From contig CAWIEK010000050.1 of NCBI GenBank assembly GCA_963835065.1, positions 65,842-129,841 on the forward strand: a stretch of DNA of 64,000 nt, read 5' to 3'. Below, one piece after another: positions 39,074 to 49,157 of this stretch. The notes below the pieces were generated by a model. That model worked only from the letters and a program-made list of their open reading frames with translations, searched no databases and was not told the origin of the DNA. The number at the start of each line of letters is the position of its first letter. Positions within the stretch are counted from its first letter, which is position 1. The translations under genes were made by a program, and so were the position numbers. The DNA is from an uncultured Chthonomonadaceae bacterium (GTDB lineage: Bacteria; Armatimonadota; Chthonomonadetes; Chthonomonadales; Chthonomonadaceae).

Positions 39074-39616
39074 ATGGAGACCTGCATCATTCTGGTGGAC
39101 AACACGAATTTGTTTGTGGGCGGGCAGCAGTATTCGGCGCATTGCAAGCACATCGAAGGACAGGTGAATGGACATGCCGCCGCTGACCATAGCTGGCGGC
39201 TGGATTACACGCATTTGTATGAATTTCTGGCGTCACAGCGGCGCGTTGAGGCAGCGCTTGTCGTGGGTGGCTGCCCGCCGCATGGCGAGTGCGCGTGGGA
39301 AAAAGCCGCCAAAAAAGCCAGTTTCGAGGTCATACTGCACCCCGTCAACAGCCAGAATCTGGAAAAAGAAGTGGACACTGATCTGGTGGCGCGGGGTACG
39401 GAGTATATCTGCACATCGGAAAACAAAGGGATTGTGGTTTTGGCATCCGGGGACCGGGATTTCGTGCCCCTCGTGGAGGTGGCGCACCGGCACGGCTGGA
39501 AGGTGGAACTGTGCGCGTTCAGCAGTTCCTTCCACGAGGACGGCGAACTGGCGCAAGCGGCGGATAAAGTGCGTCTGCTGGACAACAAACTAAAGGAAGT
39601 CGGGCATTACGAGTAG
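39074..39616 (+). CDS. NYN/LabA-like (PIN-superfamily) domain protein
   Basis: AAGGAG RBS. ILVDNTNLFVGG N-terminal acidic motif and LASGDRDFVPLVE hallmark of NYN/LabA (DUF88) proteins. Confidence 0.75.
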   Translation: METCIILVDNTNLFVGGQQYSAHCKHIEGQVNGHAAADHSWRLDYTHLYEFLASQRRVEAALVVGGCPPHGECAWEKAAKKASFEVILHPVNSQNLEKEVDTDLVARGTEYICTSENKGIVVLASGDRDFVPLVEVAHRHGWKVELCAFSSSFHEDGELAQAADKVRLLDNKLKEVGHYE

Positions 39617-39806
39617 GAAACCGCAATTCCGCCCTATCCCTCGCGTTGTCGCTGCCATCCAACTGCAAGACGGGGTTGCCTTGCGGATCGAAGGCATAGA
39701 ACGCGCTGCTGCTTGTGCCCGCCTGCCGCCGCGCCAGCAAGCCCGTCAGCCCGAACGTCGTTGTCGCCTGCACATTGCCGTTGCTGTCCAACTCGCATAC
39801 GGGCAA
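39617..39806 (-). pseudogene. Short RHS/YD-repeat-like remnant
   Basis: ELDSNGNVQATTTFGLTGLLARRQ...AFYAFDPQGNPVLQLDGSDN resembles YD-repeat units (YxYDxxGN). About 60 codons only, running into the NYN gene. Confidence 0.3.
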
Positions 39807-39833
39807 AATATCCAGTATCTAAATATCTTTCCT

Positions 39834-40979
39834 CTACTTACCCGTTCTTCGCAGGCCGAAGCGAATTTCTCCGGTCCATGTCTCGCCGGGGGCAAGCGCG
39901 ATCAGCCCGGCGTCTATTCCCTGCGCTTGTAGGTTGACCGCGTCCGTGGGGCAGGTGTAGGGTTCCAGCGCGATGACGGGCGAGTCGAGCGGCGCGTAGA
40001 GTACCCATTCCCGAAAGGATTGGTCGGCGGCCAAGACCATCTCCAATCCCGATTCCGGGTCGCGCAATCCGCCCTCGCTCCAGCCGTCCTGTCCGTGCTG
40101 AACGCCCGTAAAAACGTGATCAAAGAAGTGGCCGGCCAATGGTGTGAATTCGCGCAAATCGAACTGTTTGCCCGCCTTTTCCACCGGCAGCACATTTCCC
40201 GTCGGCATCAGTTTTTCCAGTTCCCAAATGGCTTCCGTCGGCACATGGACGAGGGAGCGGGCGCGCTGTTCCATGCTTATGTCGGCAAGGCCGGCAGGCA
40301 GGCTTGCGCCGGGACGCAGGCTTGTCGGGAACCAGGGATGGATGCCAAAGCCCATCGGCATGGTTTTCTGTTCCGCAACGCCTTCATTGGTGACGGCTAT
40401 CTGCATAATGAGAACGCCGTCGCGCAATACGTAGCGCGCGGACAGAGTACAGGGAAACGGATACTGCTCCACAATGTCAGGAAAATCGTGCAGGCGTATT
40501 AAGAAGCGCGCGCTTGCGCCGGTTTCCATGTTGCCGTCGTCCGCGTCCCGCGCATAGCCTTCCGTAAATTTCCAGGGTTTGTCTCCCACAAGACCATGCA
40601 GTGCCTGCCCCGCGCCCTTATCCCAATTGCGCGCCATCAGGCCGTCCATGCGGTACGTCTGCCCCGCAAACGTGTACACGCCGTCGCGCACCCGATTGGG
40701 AAAAGGGAACAGAATCGGATTGCCGCCCGTAAACGGCACTTGCCGCAGGCCGGGAATATCAGAAGGTGGAACAAACACGTCTACCACATCGGCAGAACTG
40801 CGTTCGCCTGCTCCTTCTCCACTCGCGCCCTGCGCTTCCCCATCCGGCGTAGTCCGAAAGGCCACGCAGTTACAGCCCAATTCCGGGTAAATGACCGCTT
40901 CCGCCAGCCGCTCCCCGTCACGCAATATAATGGCCTGCAAGCCGTCGCGCGTTTCCTGTTTCCATTCGTAACGTGCCAT
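39834..40979 (-). CDS. Aldose 1-epimerase (galactose mutarotase-like) family protein
   Basis: ATG 40979 (MARYEWK) lies 8 nt after GGAG; the longer track ORF would translate a heptamer array (INYQLSTIN). Motifs GGNPILFPFPNRVRDG...HGLV...GFGIHPWF. Confidence 0.75.
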   Translation of the reverse strand: MARYEWKQETRDGLQAIILRDGERLAEAVIYPELGCNCVAFRTTPDGEAQGASGEGAGERSSADVVDVFVPPSDIPGLRQVPFTGGNPILFPFPNRVRDGVYTFAGQTYRMDGLMARNWDKGAGQALHGLVGDKPWKFTEGYARDADDGNMETGASARFLIRLHDFPDIVEQYPFPCTLSARYVLRDGVLIMQIAVTNEGVAEQKTMPMGFGIHPWFPTSLRPGASLPAGLADISMEQRARSLVHVPTEAIWELEKLMPTGNVLPVEKAGKQFDLREFTPLAGHFFDHVFTGVQHGQDGWSEGGLRDPESGLEMVLAADQSFREWVLYAPLDSPVIALEPYTCPTDAVNLQAQGIDAGLIALAPGETWTGEIRFGLRRTGK

Positions 40980-40990
40980 TGGTTTCTCCA

Positions 40991-41110
40991 AGTTGAAGTT
41001 GATAGTTGATAGTTGATAGTTGATCATGCGCGGCTTCTCTTTGTCTCAGCATGACAGTAGAGACAGGAGTACAGCGCCTATCAACTATCAACTATCAACT
41101 ATCAACTTCT
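40991..41110. repeat. Heptamer hairpin: (AGTTGAT)n 40991-41024 / (CTATCAA)n 41079-41110, spacer ~54 nt, between two minus-strand genes
   Basis: The arms are reverse complements. The right arm overlaps the last codons of the upstream gene (..EEVDS). Confidence 0.85.
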
Positions 41111-42082
41111 TCCACCTTCCCCGTCCGCATCGAGCGCAGGGTCGCATCCAGAACGCGCTGCTGTTGGACAGCGTCGTCTACGCCATAATCCGGCAGCGTG
41201 TTGTCGAGGATACACTGGGAAAGATGTTCAAATTCCAGTGTCCATTGGTTGACGGCGGGGAACGTTTCGCGCTCGTGCCGGCCTTCAATTTCGATATGCA
41301 GTTCGCCCACTTCGCCCGGCAGAAAAGCGTTGGGCGCGACAAGCCGACCTTTGGTTCCCACAATCTCATACTCGTTGCGGTACGGCAGGGCAAAGCCCGT
41401 ATCGAATAGGACGCGGGCATGGGGAAATTCCAGAACGCCGCTTGCCAGCATGTCTACACGATACTCCGGGTCGAAATCCGCAAGGGCAAAGATTCGCGTG
41501 GGTTCGGCGTCCAGCAGGAACCGGGCGGCGCACAGGCAGTAACAGCCCACGTCCATCATGCCGCCACCCGCAAGCTGCGGGTCGAGGCGTACATTATTTT
41601 GCCGGGCAAGCATGAACGTGAAAGCCGTTCGTATCAGCTTCACGTCGCCCAATATGCCGTTTCCGAACCAATTCACGGGCGCGGCGGTGCATGGGATGAA
41701 AGCGCCACATGAACGCTTCCATGATTTTGACACCATGCTGCCGAGCCGCGTTCGCAACTTCCAGCGCTTCTTCGACATTGGCCGCAAACGGCTTTTCCAC
41801 AATGCTGTGCTTGCCCGCCTGGGCGCATTTGATCGCCCATTCGGGATGCAGGCCGTTGGGAAGCGGATTGTACACGGCTTCGATATTGGGGTCCGCCAGC
41901 ATTTCTTCGTAGGAGTCATAAGCGCGGGGGATGCCGAATTCCTCCGCAAACGCCTGCGATTTGGACAGGGTTCGACTTGCAATGCCGGCCAATTCCACGT
42001 TTTGCGCTTTCAGCATGGCGGGAATGGCCGTGCTGCGCGCAAACGCGGCGCATCCCAACACGCCCCACTTCACTTTTTGCAT
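41095..42082 (-). pseudogene. Gfo/Idh/MocA family oxidoreductase, one frame change near 41650
   Basis: GGAGG RBS. MQKVKWGVLGCAAFARSTAIPA...EKPFA (ORF 41594..42178) continues as GNGILGDVKLIRTAFTF... in ORF 41095..41982. Confidence 0.75.
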
Positions 42083-42194
42083 CCATTGGCCTCCAAAAAC
42101 AATATCCGGGTGTATCGGCGTAAAAGCCGGACTGCTTTCACGCAGGCCGGCTTTTACATTTTCAACAAATTTCAACAAGAGTATTGCGCGAAAA

Positions 42195-43301
42195 TCATTG
42201 GCGGATGAGTTCGCTTGGCCCGATGTGGCGCAGCTTCTTCAGGGCGCGCAGTTCGATCTGGCGGACGCGCTCGCGGGTGACGTGCAGGCGAACGCCCACT
42301 TCTTCCAGCGTCCGGGCATAACCGTCGTCGAGGCCGAAGCGCATACGCAGCACTTCTTTTTCGCGCCCGGTCAGTTTGTTCAGCACTTCTTCGATTTGTT
42401 CGCGGCGAATGAGATTGAGGGTCGCTTCGGACGGGCTGACGGCGGTGTGGGACTGAATGAAGTCGGAAAGCTGGCTGTTGTCTTTTTCGCCGACGGGCGT
42501 TTCCAGTGACAACGGTTCGAGCGCGATACGCATGATTTCGTTGACGCGATCTACCGACACTTCCAGTTCGCGGGCGATCTCTTCTACGGTGGGGTCGCGC
42601 AGCAATTGCTGGCGCAACCGGCCCGACGCCTTGACGAGTTTATGGATGATCTCGGCGACGTACACGGGGATGCGGATGGTGCGGCCCTGATTGATGATGG
42701 CGCGGGCGATAGCGCGGCGGATCCACCAGGTTGCGTAGGTGCTGAAGCGGTAGCCTTTGCTCGGGTCAAACTTCTCAACCGCGCGAATCAGGCCGATGTT
42801 GCCTTCCTGAATCAGATCGGGAAGCGGAATGCCGCGCACACTGTACTTCTTGGCGATGCTGACGACAAGGCGGAGGTTGGCTTCCGTAAGTTTGTCTTTG
42901 GCGTACTTGTCGCCTTTTTGGACGCGACGCGCCAGATCAATCTCTTCGCGGGCCGTCAGCAGTTGCGCGCCGCGCGCCCGACTCATCCAGATTTGGAGGC
43001 TTTCGTCATTGCGGGGGCTGTCGCTGTCCGTGGCAAGCAGGCTGCTCACGGTGTCGCGGCTCATGCGTTCGGAAGCGCGGGTTTCCAGGTCGGCAGGGGT
43101 CGGAGCGGCGGGGGCAACAGCAAACACAGGCTCATTTTGGGGCATGCTGCTGTCATAAAGGTGCAGCAGGTCATCGTTAGGTTCCTGCTCGAAGCCGTCT
43201 TCGGCATCGTCTTCGGGCAGTTCGGACAGGGAACGGGGTTCAAAGCGGGTTTCAGCAGCGAGGCGCTGCGGGCGATCCAGTATTGCGGGATTGTTACTCA
43301 T
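42195..43301 (-). CDS. rpoD: RNA polymerase sigma-70 factor, group 1/2 (RpoD/SigA-like)
   Basis: Region 2 [37 protein letters not shown] and region 4 [28 protein letters not shown]. Confidence 0.9.
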   Translation of the reverse strand: MSNNPAILDRPQRLAAETRFEPRSLSELPEDDAEDGFEQEPNDDLLHLYDSSMPQNEPVFAVAPAAPTPADLETRASERMSRDTVSSLLATDSDSPRNDESLQIWMSRARGAQLLTAREEIDLARRVQKGDKYAKDKLTEANLRLVVSIAKKYSVRGIPLPDLIQEGNIGLIRAVEKFDPSKGYRFSTYATWWIRRAIARAIINQGRTIRIPVYVAEIIHKLVKASGRLRQQLLRDPTVEEIARELEVSVDRVNEIMRIALEPLSLETPVGEKDNSQLSDFIQSHTAVSPSEATLNLIRREQIEEVLNKLTGREKEVLRMRFGLDDGYARTLEEVGVRLHVTRERVRQIELRALKKLRHIGPSELIRQ

Positions 43302-43423
43302 AAAAGGCCACTCCTCTTGGCAGGCGGTTGAGATGGTCTTGGGGCGTCTCGCTTTCGCGTCGAGGCTTGTTCTTTTGTGTACAAAGCAGCTGCGAAAGAA
43401 GTGAATAAATGCGGTATGCTCGT

Positions 43424-43452
43424 ATTATAAGGCAGGCTTTCGGATTTGTCAA
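43424..43452 (-). promoter_or_regulatory. Perfect consensus sigma70 promoter (TTGACA-17 nt-TATAAT) upstream of the sigma factor gene
   Basis: The minus strand reads ttgacaaatccgaaagcctgccttataat; about 120 nt upstream of the start at 43301. Confidence 0.65.
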
Positions 43453-43604
43453 GCATGATTTTTCGCTAATTTTAATTTTTGCGACCAAATTTCATGCTTT
43501 TGCTCCTGAATGTTGTATTTTGCTCCCCTTTGCATCTAACCACTGCACAACCTTACCCTACTACATACGAACCGATTTGTCAAATGTTTGCGCCGGTCAA
43601 CACG

Positions 43605-43643
43605 CCCTCATCCCCGGCCCTTCTCCCAAACTTGGGAGAAGGG
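43605..43643. repeat. REP-like element related to the 30.0-30.2 kb inverted repeat
   Basis: ccctcatccccggcccttctcccaaacttgggagaaggg shares the CCCTCATCC..CCGGCC..CTTCTCCC-loop-GGGAGAAGG layout. Confidence 0.6.
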
Positions 43644-43702
43644 AGGCGTAACGTCTATATCTGCCCTGATCTATCCTGTTATACCAAGAGATAGATGCGC
43701 CG

Positions 43703-44884
43703 TTATACGGCGGCAACGTAACGCCCGGAGGACTGCCCTGAAAGCGCGCGCAGGTCGCGTATTACTTCTGTCAGCGTTTCCAGCGTGTAGTCCAGCGCTT
43801 CCCGCGTTGTAGCGCGTCCCAGCGTCAGGCGAAGCGCGCCGCGCCCCAATTCGCGCGGTACGCCGATGGCGGTCAGGACATGGGAGGGTTCCGTTGCCCC
43901 CGCCGAACACGCCGAGCCCGCCGAGCCGCAAATGCCCCTTGCATCTAATGCCAGCAGCAGCGGCTCTCCCTCAATTCCTTCCACGCAAAAATGGATGTTG
44001 TGCGGCAGGCGGTGTTCCCGGCTGCCTGTAATATGAACGCCCGCAACCGCTTCTGTCAGCCGCTCCATGAAATCGTCGCGCAGTCCACTCAGGCGCGCGT
44101 TTTCCAATGGCATCGTATCGTGGGCAATCTGCGCCGCTTTTGCCAATCCTACAATACCCGGCACATTTAAGGTTCCGCCCCGCCGCCCCTTTTCCTGCGA
44201 CCCGCCCTCCTGAAACCGCGTCAGGAGTGTGCCGCGCCGCACATACAACGCGCCGATGCCTTTTGGTCCATAAAACTTGTGCGCGGTCAGACTGAGCAGG
44301 TCTATCTTCATGGCGCGTACATCTAAGGGGATGCGTCCGAACGACTGCACGGCATCGGTATGAAAACACGCTCCATGCGCGCGGCAAAGGGCGCCGATTT
44401 CCGCGACAGGCTGCGTGGTTCCGATTTCGTTGTTGGCATGCATGATGGAAACCAGAACCGTGTCGGAGCGCAGGCGCGTCGCCACATCCGCCAGCGACAC
44501 GCGCCCGACCTTATCGGTAGGGATATACTCGACCTCAAAGCCTTCTTCCGCCAGCGTTTCAAACGGCTCCAACACCGCATGGTGTTCCGTGCGAACCGTC
44601 AGCAGATGGCGTCCTTTCGCGGCATTAGCGCGGGCCGCGCCAAAAATCGCCGTGTTGTCCGATTCGGTTCCCCCCGACGTGAACACGATCTCATCCGGCG
44701 AAGCGTTCAGCAGATCGGCCAGGGTTTCGCGGGCCTGCTCCACGCCCTCCCGCGCCGCCATGCCGACCTGATGCAGCGCGGACGGGTTGCCGTAATGCTC
44801 CGTATAATACGGCAGCATCGCGTTCACCACTTCGCGCAGCACAGGCGTCGTCGCCGCATGATCCAAATAAACCGGCAAATCCAT
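43703..44884 (-). CDS. Cysteine desulfurase (class V aminotransferase, NifS/IscS-like)
   Basis: VYLDHAATTP, SLTAHKFYGPKGIGALY (PLP-Lys) and C-terminal GSACS active-site loop. Confidence 0.9.
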   Translation of the reverse strand: MDLPVYLDHAATTPVLREVVNAMLPYYTEHYGNPSALHQVGMAAREGVEQARETLADLLNASPDEIVFTSGGTESDNTAIFGAARANAAKGRHLLTVRTEHHAVLEPFETLAEEGFEVEYIPTDKVGRVSLADVATRLRSDTVLVSIMHANNEIGTTQPVAEIGALCRAHGACFHTDAVQSFGRIPLDVRAMKIDLLSLTAHKFYGPKGIGALYVRRGTLLTRFQEGGSQEKGRRGGTLNVPGIVGLAKAAQIAHDTMPLENARLSGLRDDFMERLTEAVAGVHITGSREHRLPHNIHFCVEGIEGEPLLLALDARGICGSAGSACSAGATEPSHVLTAIGVPRELGRGALRLTLGRATTREALDYTLETLTEVIRDLRALSGQSSGRYVAAV

Positions 44885-44897
44885 GACACAATCCTTT

Positions 44898-45010
44898 GGT
44901 GTTCAGGTGTTCAGGTGTTCGGGTATTCTGGTGATAGCCTTGACGCCATGCAGTAAGCTTTTGTACTTTTGTATTCCCTGAACACCCAAATACCCGAACA
45001 CCTGAATACC
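44898..45010. repeat. Heptamer hairpin: (GGTGTTC)n 44898-44928 / (GAACACC-type)n 44976-45010
   Basis: The arms are reverse complements; located between the desulfurase start and the PCD stop. Confidence 0.8.
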
Positions 45011-45015
45011 TAGCC

Positions 45016-45305
45016 TCAAAGCAGCCCATTGATCTTGCGGGCGAGTTCTATATCCAGGCGCGTGATGCCGTTTACATCATGCGTATTCAAATCTATGCTC
45101 ACTGTGTTGTATACATTGCACCAGTCGGGATGATGATCCATGCTTTGCGCAATTAGCGCGACGCGGGACATAAATCCCCACGCCTGGACAAAATCAGCAA
45201 ACTTAAACGCCCGGTCGAAGATTGCCGTCCTGCAGCGCCCAACCGTCCAAGCCGGCTCAGCGCTTCCGTGATTTCCGATTCTGTTAGTTTTGTGGGACGG
45301 GGCAT
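45016..45305 (-). pseudogene. Pterin-4-alpha-carbinolamine dehydratase (PCD/DCoH), two frame changes within ~45 nt
   Basis: [19 protein letters not shown] | DGWALQDG | [50 protein letters not shown] lie in three frames around 45195-45255. Confidence 0.7.
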
Positions 45306-45320
45306 GGAAGGCTCCGGGGA

Positions 45321-45433
45321 GGTAGACGGTAGACAGTAGACGGTAGAAATGCTGTTCATTTAAAGCTTTGTGCGACAGCAACAGCTTGCAAGCAGGGCTG
45401 TCTACCGTCTACCGTCTACTGTCTACCGTCTAC
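45321..45433. repeat. Heptamer hairpin: (GGTAGAC)n 45321-45349 / (GTCTACC)n 45400-45433
   Basis: The arms are reverse complements. The right arm supplies the last codons (KKVDGRQ) of the upstream minus-strand ORF. Confidence 0.85.
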
Positions 45434-45781
45434 TTTTTTCGGCGCATCGTCAAACTCCAGCAGGCCGAAGCGGGCGGCGGTGGTGTCGAGGGCTTCGCGC
45501 AGAGTTTTGAAGGAAGTGTCCAGGCGCTGGCGGATTTGCTGCGCGGCCTGCGCGTCCGAAGAACCGGCAGGGAAACGCGACGGGTCACTGCGGGCAGACA
45601 GTTTGCTGTACGCGGCCTGCACAGCGGCGAAATCCGCGCCGGACTCCAGACCTAAAAGTTTATAATGGTAGTCTAAAGGGTCAGGCTGGGAACTTGAGGT
45701 TGTGCCGGTGTTGGGCGGTGGGCCGCCCGTTCCTCCATTACCGGAGTATCCCGAAGTGGCAGGCCGGCCCGCCCCGCGCAT
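45416..45781 (-). CDS. J-domain-like protein (no HPD motif)
   Basis: DYHYKLLGLESGADFAAVQAAYSKLSARSDPSRFP resembles the start of a DnaJ J-domain with HPD replaced. It may be fused to the upstream ORF if a frameshift is present. Confidence 0.45.
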   Translation of the reverse strand: MRGAGRPATSGYSGNGGTGGPPPNTGTTSSSQPDPLDYHYKLLGLESGADFAAVQAAYSKLSARSDPSRFPAGSSDAQAAQQIRQRLDTSFKTLREALDTTAARFGLLEFDDAPKKVDGRQ

Positions 45782-46058
45782 AATCCTGTGGCGTTCGCGG
45801 CGGACTCATGGGGATGCCGGGGGACGCAGCCGGACGCGAGGGGGTGACGGCAGCGCCATTGGAAGAACTGCCGGAAGCATTATTAGCGGGAGGAGACGCC
45901 ACGCTGTCGCTGAGTTCGCGGCGGGCGTCAGCGCGTGGGTCGGCGCGGCGCTTGCGCAGGGCGTCCTCTTCCTCTTCCTCATCTACCTTGTCGAACCAAT
46001 CCTTGACTTCCCCAAGTTTGTGCTTGGCGATGCGATAAAAGCGATCTGGAATACTCAT
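45738..46058 (-). CDS. Acidic/low-complexity hypothetical protein downstream of pspA
   Basis: ATG 46058 with an AGGAA RBS. Peptide MSIPDRFYRIAKHKLGEVKDWFDKVDEEEEEDALRKRR.... Overlaps the next ORF by 44 nt (possible single frameshifted gene). Confidence 0.4.
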   Translation of the reverse strand: MSIPDRFYRIAKHKLGEVKDWFDKVDEEEEEDALRKRRADPRADARRELSDSVASPPANNASGSSSNGAAVTPSRPAASPGIPMSPPRTPQDYARGGPACHFGILR

Positions 46059-46345
46059 TAAATAGTTCCTGCTTTTTACGGACACATTGGCATTACAATG
46101 AAAACGCTGCTTCAAACATATTTTGATGCGAAGCGCAGTACGCGGGAAAGGCGAGACGAAACCGGGCGCTGCTCCGATGGTTCCGCTCGCCATAACAACG
46201 TTCACGGCCATGCTCCCTTATATGGAAGCGCGACGCGCAAATTAAACTTTAGAATTCGGCAAGACGAGCCGCGGAAACAGGCGTATGTTGCCGCGCCGGA
46301 GATTGGCTGTCGGCGCGGCGAACAAACAAACCTATTCTGCGCAAC

Positions 46346-47185
46346 CTACTTCTGCCCGCTCAGGCGCGACTCCAGTTCGCGCAGCTGCCGGTCAATGTCG
46401 CTTTCGGCTCCCGCGCCATTCGCGCTGCTGCCGTTGCTGCCGTTCATCACGCCCCCGCCCAACGTCTGCATCTGCTGCACGTTGTTGGTGGTGTAGTTGT
46501 GGGCGGGCGATGCGCCCAGAGACATCTTGGATTCCAGTTCCTCAAGCTGCCGCTCGGCCTCGACATCCATCTGGCTCACTTCTATGCCGCGCATTTTGGC
46601 GTCCATGCTGGTGCTGAGAATCTCGCCGCGCGCGTTGGCTTCGGATTGCAGGCCCTGGATGCGCTCACTTGCCTTAGTCCAAGAATCATCCACAGAGGTG
46701 AACTGCAAATTTTCCATCGCCTTGTTGATTTTGATCGCAATCTGCGCCTGCTTCATGTTGGCTTTCATCGCCAGCGCTTCGGAAGTGCGGACGCGGATGC
46801 GCTCTTCTTCCTGCTTGATCGCGATTTTCACCTTTTCCGAGGCTTCCGTCGCCGACGCCAGGTTGGCGCGCATGCTGGTGAGCGTGCTATCGTGCAGCGC
46901 TTTTTCCTTCAGAAACTGCTTTGCCAGTTCGCGGTTGCCGGATTGCAGGGCAAGGGTGGCCTTGCGCTCGTACTCGGCGACAAGCCGCTCTTCCTTGTCC
47001 ACTTCGGCCTGCAAGTTGTTCTTCTGGGTAATCGCCTGCACAGCCAGTTCGCGGTTCTTGATCTGGTTTTCTTTCATCTCGCGAACGGCTTCAGTCAGAA
47101 TGACTTCCGGGTCTTCCCACTCGGTAAGCTTTCCATCTAACAACGCTCTTAAATAGCGCCATGCCCGAACAAAGGGGTTTGCCAT
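46346..47185 (-). CDS. pspA: PspA/IM30 (Vipp1) family protein
   Basis: ATG 47185 lies 10 nt after AAGGAG. Long coiled-coil with MANPFVRAWRYLRALLDGKL...DPEVILTEAVREM, typical of the PspA N-terminus. Confidence 0.85.
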   Translation of the reverse strand: MANPFVRAWRYLRALLDGKLTEWEDPEVILTEAVREMKENQIKNRELAVQAITQKNNLQAEVDKEERLVAEYERKATLALQSGNRELAKQFLKEKALHDSTLTSMRANLASATEASEKVKIAIKQEEERIRVRTSEALAMKANMKQAQIAIKINKAMENLQFTSVDDSWTKASERIQGLQSEANARGEILSTSMDAKMRGIEVSQMDVEAERQLEELESKMSLGASPAHNYTTNNVQQMQTLGGGVMNGSNGSSANGAGAESDIDRQLRELESRLSGQK

Positions 47186-47753
47186 TGCCGCCAATCTCCT
47201 TTCGCGCCTGCCCGTGTCGGCAAGCCTGCGCGCAGACGCGCAATCCGTCTCACCATCAGCGCAAAAGCGCCTTCCACAAAGGGAAATGTCTCGCTCCTGA
47301 CTGCTGCTGAGGGTGCGATTGTTTTTCTTACGTTACAAGGATACCAAACGTCGCTATCAAGAAACCAAAACGCTCATGCGCCCGCCACTATTTGCGTTTC
47401 AACCGCGCTCCGCGTTTCCTACGTATTGGAGGCGCTGCCGGGTTCCGCAGGTGGAAGCCGGATTCCAAATGCAGGAGGAGGGAGGACGCGAACAAACGCA
47501 AACAACGAGGCTTCGCCATGAATTTGTATTATCACACTTTTCGCGAAGATTGTCAACGATTCCTCCTTGTGTTTCCTCCTTTCTCGTGTTATCGGCATAT
47601 TTTCTGCGCTCCTGAAACCGACTTATCACTCGTTCGTCCGTATGTACACAATAGACGCGCAAACTGAAGGGTTCGGTTTAACTAAATTGCGCGAATTCGC
47701 AAGTTTTTTCATCCGACAAACATCAATCGGCAATTTTGCTGAAGGAGGCATTG

Positions 47754-49028
47754 GTGCAACCTGTAACACCCAAAGACGACGGCAAGACCACGACGCCCGC
47801 GCTGGCAGGGGAAGCAGGCAGTTCCGCGCCTACCAACGCCGACGCGCAAGCGAGCGCGGCACAACCGGCATGGAGCCATTTAAGCGATACCCTGCACATC
47901 GAGCGCTGGCAGCGCCTGCTTATCGTGCTGACAACGTTTCTGCTGTTCCTGCTGACGATTGCGGTCATGGTGCGCCTGATGACTTCCATCGGACACACGC
48001 TGCTGATATTTTCGCTCGGCGGGCTGCTGGCGTATGCGCTTGACCCGCTGGTGGAAATGCTGCGCAAGCGCATGCCCGGCAAGCGCGGGCGAACGATGAG
48101 CGTATTCACCATATTCGGCGGGCTTGGCTTAATACTCGCGTTGGGCGCGTTTTTCTTTGGCAGGGAATTGGGGCATCAGGTTCAATTGTTAGGAGCCAAT
48201 CATGCCGAATACGAGGCGGAGGCGCGCGCCAAACTGGACGATCTGGACGAATGGCTGCGGGAGCGCGGCGTTCATGTCCGCTTGCAGGATCAGATGGATC
48301 ATCCGCCCGCCAATGTGAGAACGTGGGGCGAGGCGGTAGCGAAGGGCGCGGCGCGTTTCTTCATTCTGGCGGGGCGCGATGTCGTGGAAGGCTTGATCGT
48401 ACTGCTGATTGCGCTGTACTTTCTTATTTACAGTGAGGAGCTGCGCGCAGGAACCAATGAAGTCCTGCCACCCCGGTTTCGCGCTTACGTGGAGCAATGG
48501 CAGGACGACGTAAACCGCATTTTGGGCGGCTTCGTGCGCGGACAGTTGATTCTCGCCCTGATTATCGGCGGATTGGCGGGCGCGGCCTGCTTCCTGATCG
48601 GCATTAAAATCTGGCTGCTCATCGGCCTGTTCGTCGTGGTCGCCGCGCTGATTCCGGTTGTCGGGCCTGTTTTGGGCGCGATTCCCGCCGTTGCCGCCGC
48701 CATCATCACGCCGGGCGGCAATCCGATTGCCCGCGCCGTCATCGTGATTGTAGTGTTCGTGGTTATCAACGAGGTCGGCTCCAAAATCCTGTACCCCCGT
48801 CTGGTCGGCGCGGCGCTCGGCCTGCATGAAGTGCTGGTGCTGTTCATCCTGTTCGCGGGCTTCGAGGTCAGCGGCTTGACGGGCGTGTTGTTCGCCGCGC
48901 CCCTGACCGCGCTCACCTCCGTAACGCTGGTGCAATTGTACCGTTTGTGGCAGGGCTTGCCGCCCATCTCCATCGCCAACCTCACGCAGCGCGGCGGCCA
49001 GGAACGAAAAGCGGAAGGCGTTCCGTAA
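47754..49028 (+). CDS. AI-2E family transporter (PerM/UPF0118)
   Basis: GTG 47754 lies 5 nt after GAAGGAGG. Multi-TM protein with LIPVVGPVLGAIPAVAAAII segment typical of the family. Confidence 0.85.
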   Translation: MQPVTPKDDGKTTTPALAGEAGSSAPTNADAQASAAQPAWSHLSDTLHIERWQRLLIVLTTFLLFLLTIAVMVRLMTSIGHTLLIFSLGGLLAYALDPLVEMLRKRMPGKRGRTMSVFTIFGGLGLILALGAFFFGRELGHQVQLLGANHAEYEAEARAKLDDLDEWLRERGVHVRLQDQMDHPPANVRTWGEAVAKGAARFFILAGRDVVEGLIVLLIALYFLIYSEELRAGTNEVLPPRFRAYVEQWQDDVNRILGGFVRGQLILALIIGGLAGAACFLIGIKIWLLIGLFVVVAALIPVVGPVLGAIPAVAAAIITPGGNPIARAVIVIVVFVVINEVGSKILYPRLVGAALGLHEVLVLFILFAGFEVSGLTGVLFAAPLTALTSVTLVQLYRLWQGLPPISIANLTQRGGQERKAEGVP

Positions 49029-49157
49029 CGGTTTCCCTTCCCGATTCTGCTTACAATAACACAACAATGCTTTCCCAAAACCGGGTTGGAAACATTGTCG
49101 GCGTCCTGGGAACGCTGCAAGTTATTTGCCGTATTTTAGCGAAGGAGGAATTGCATA

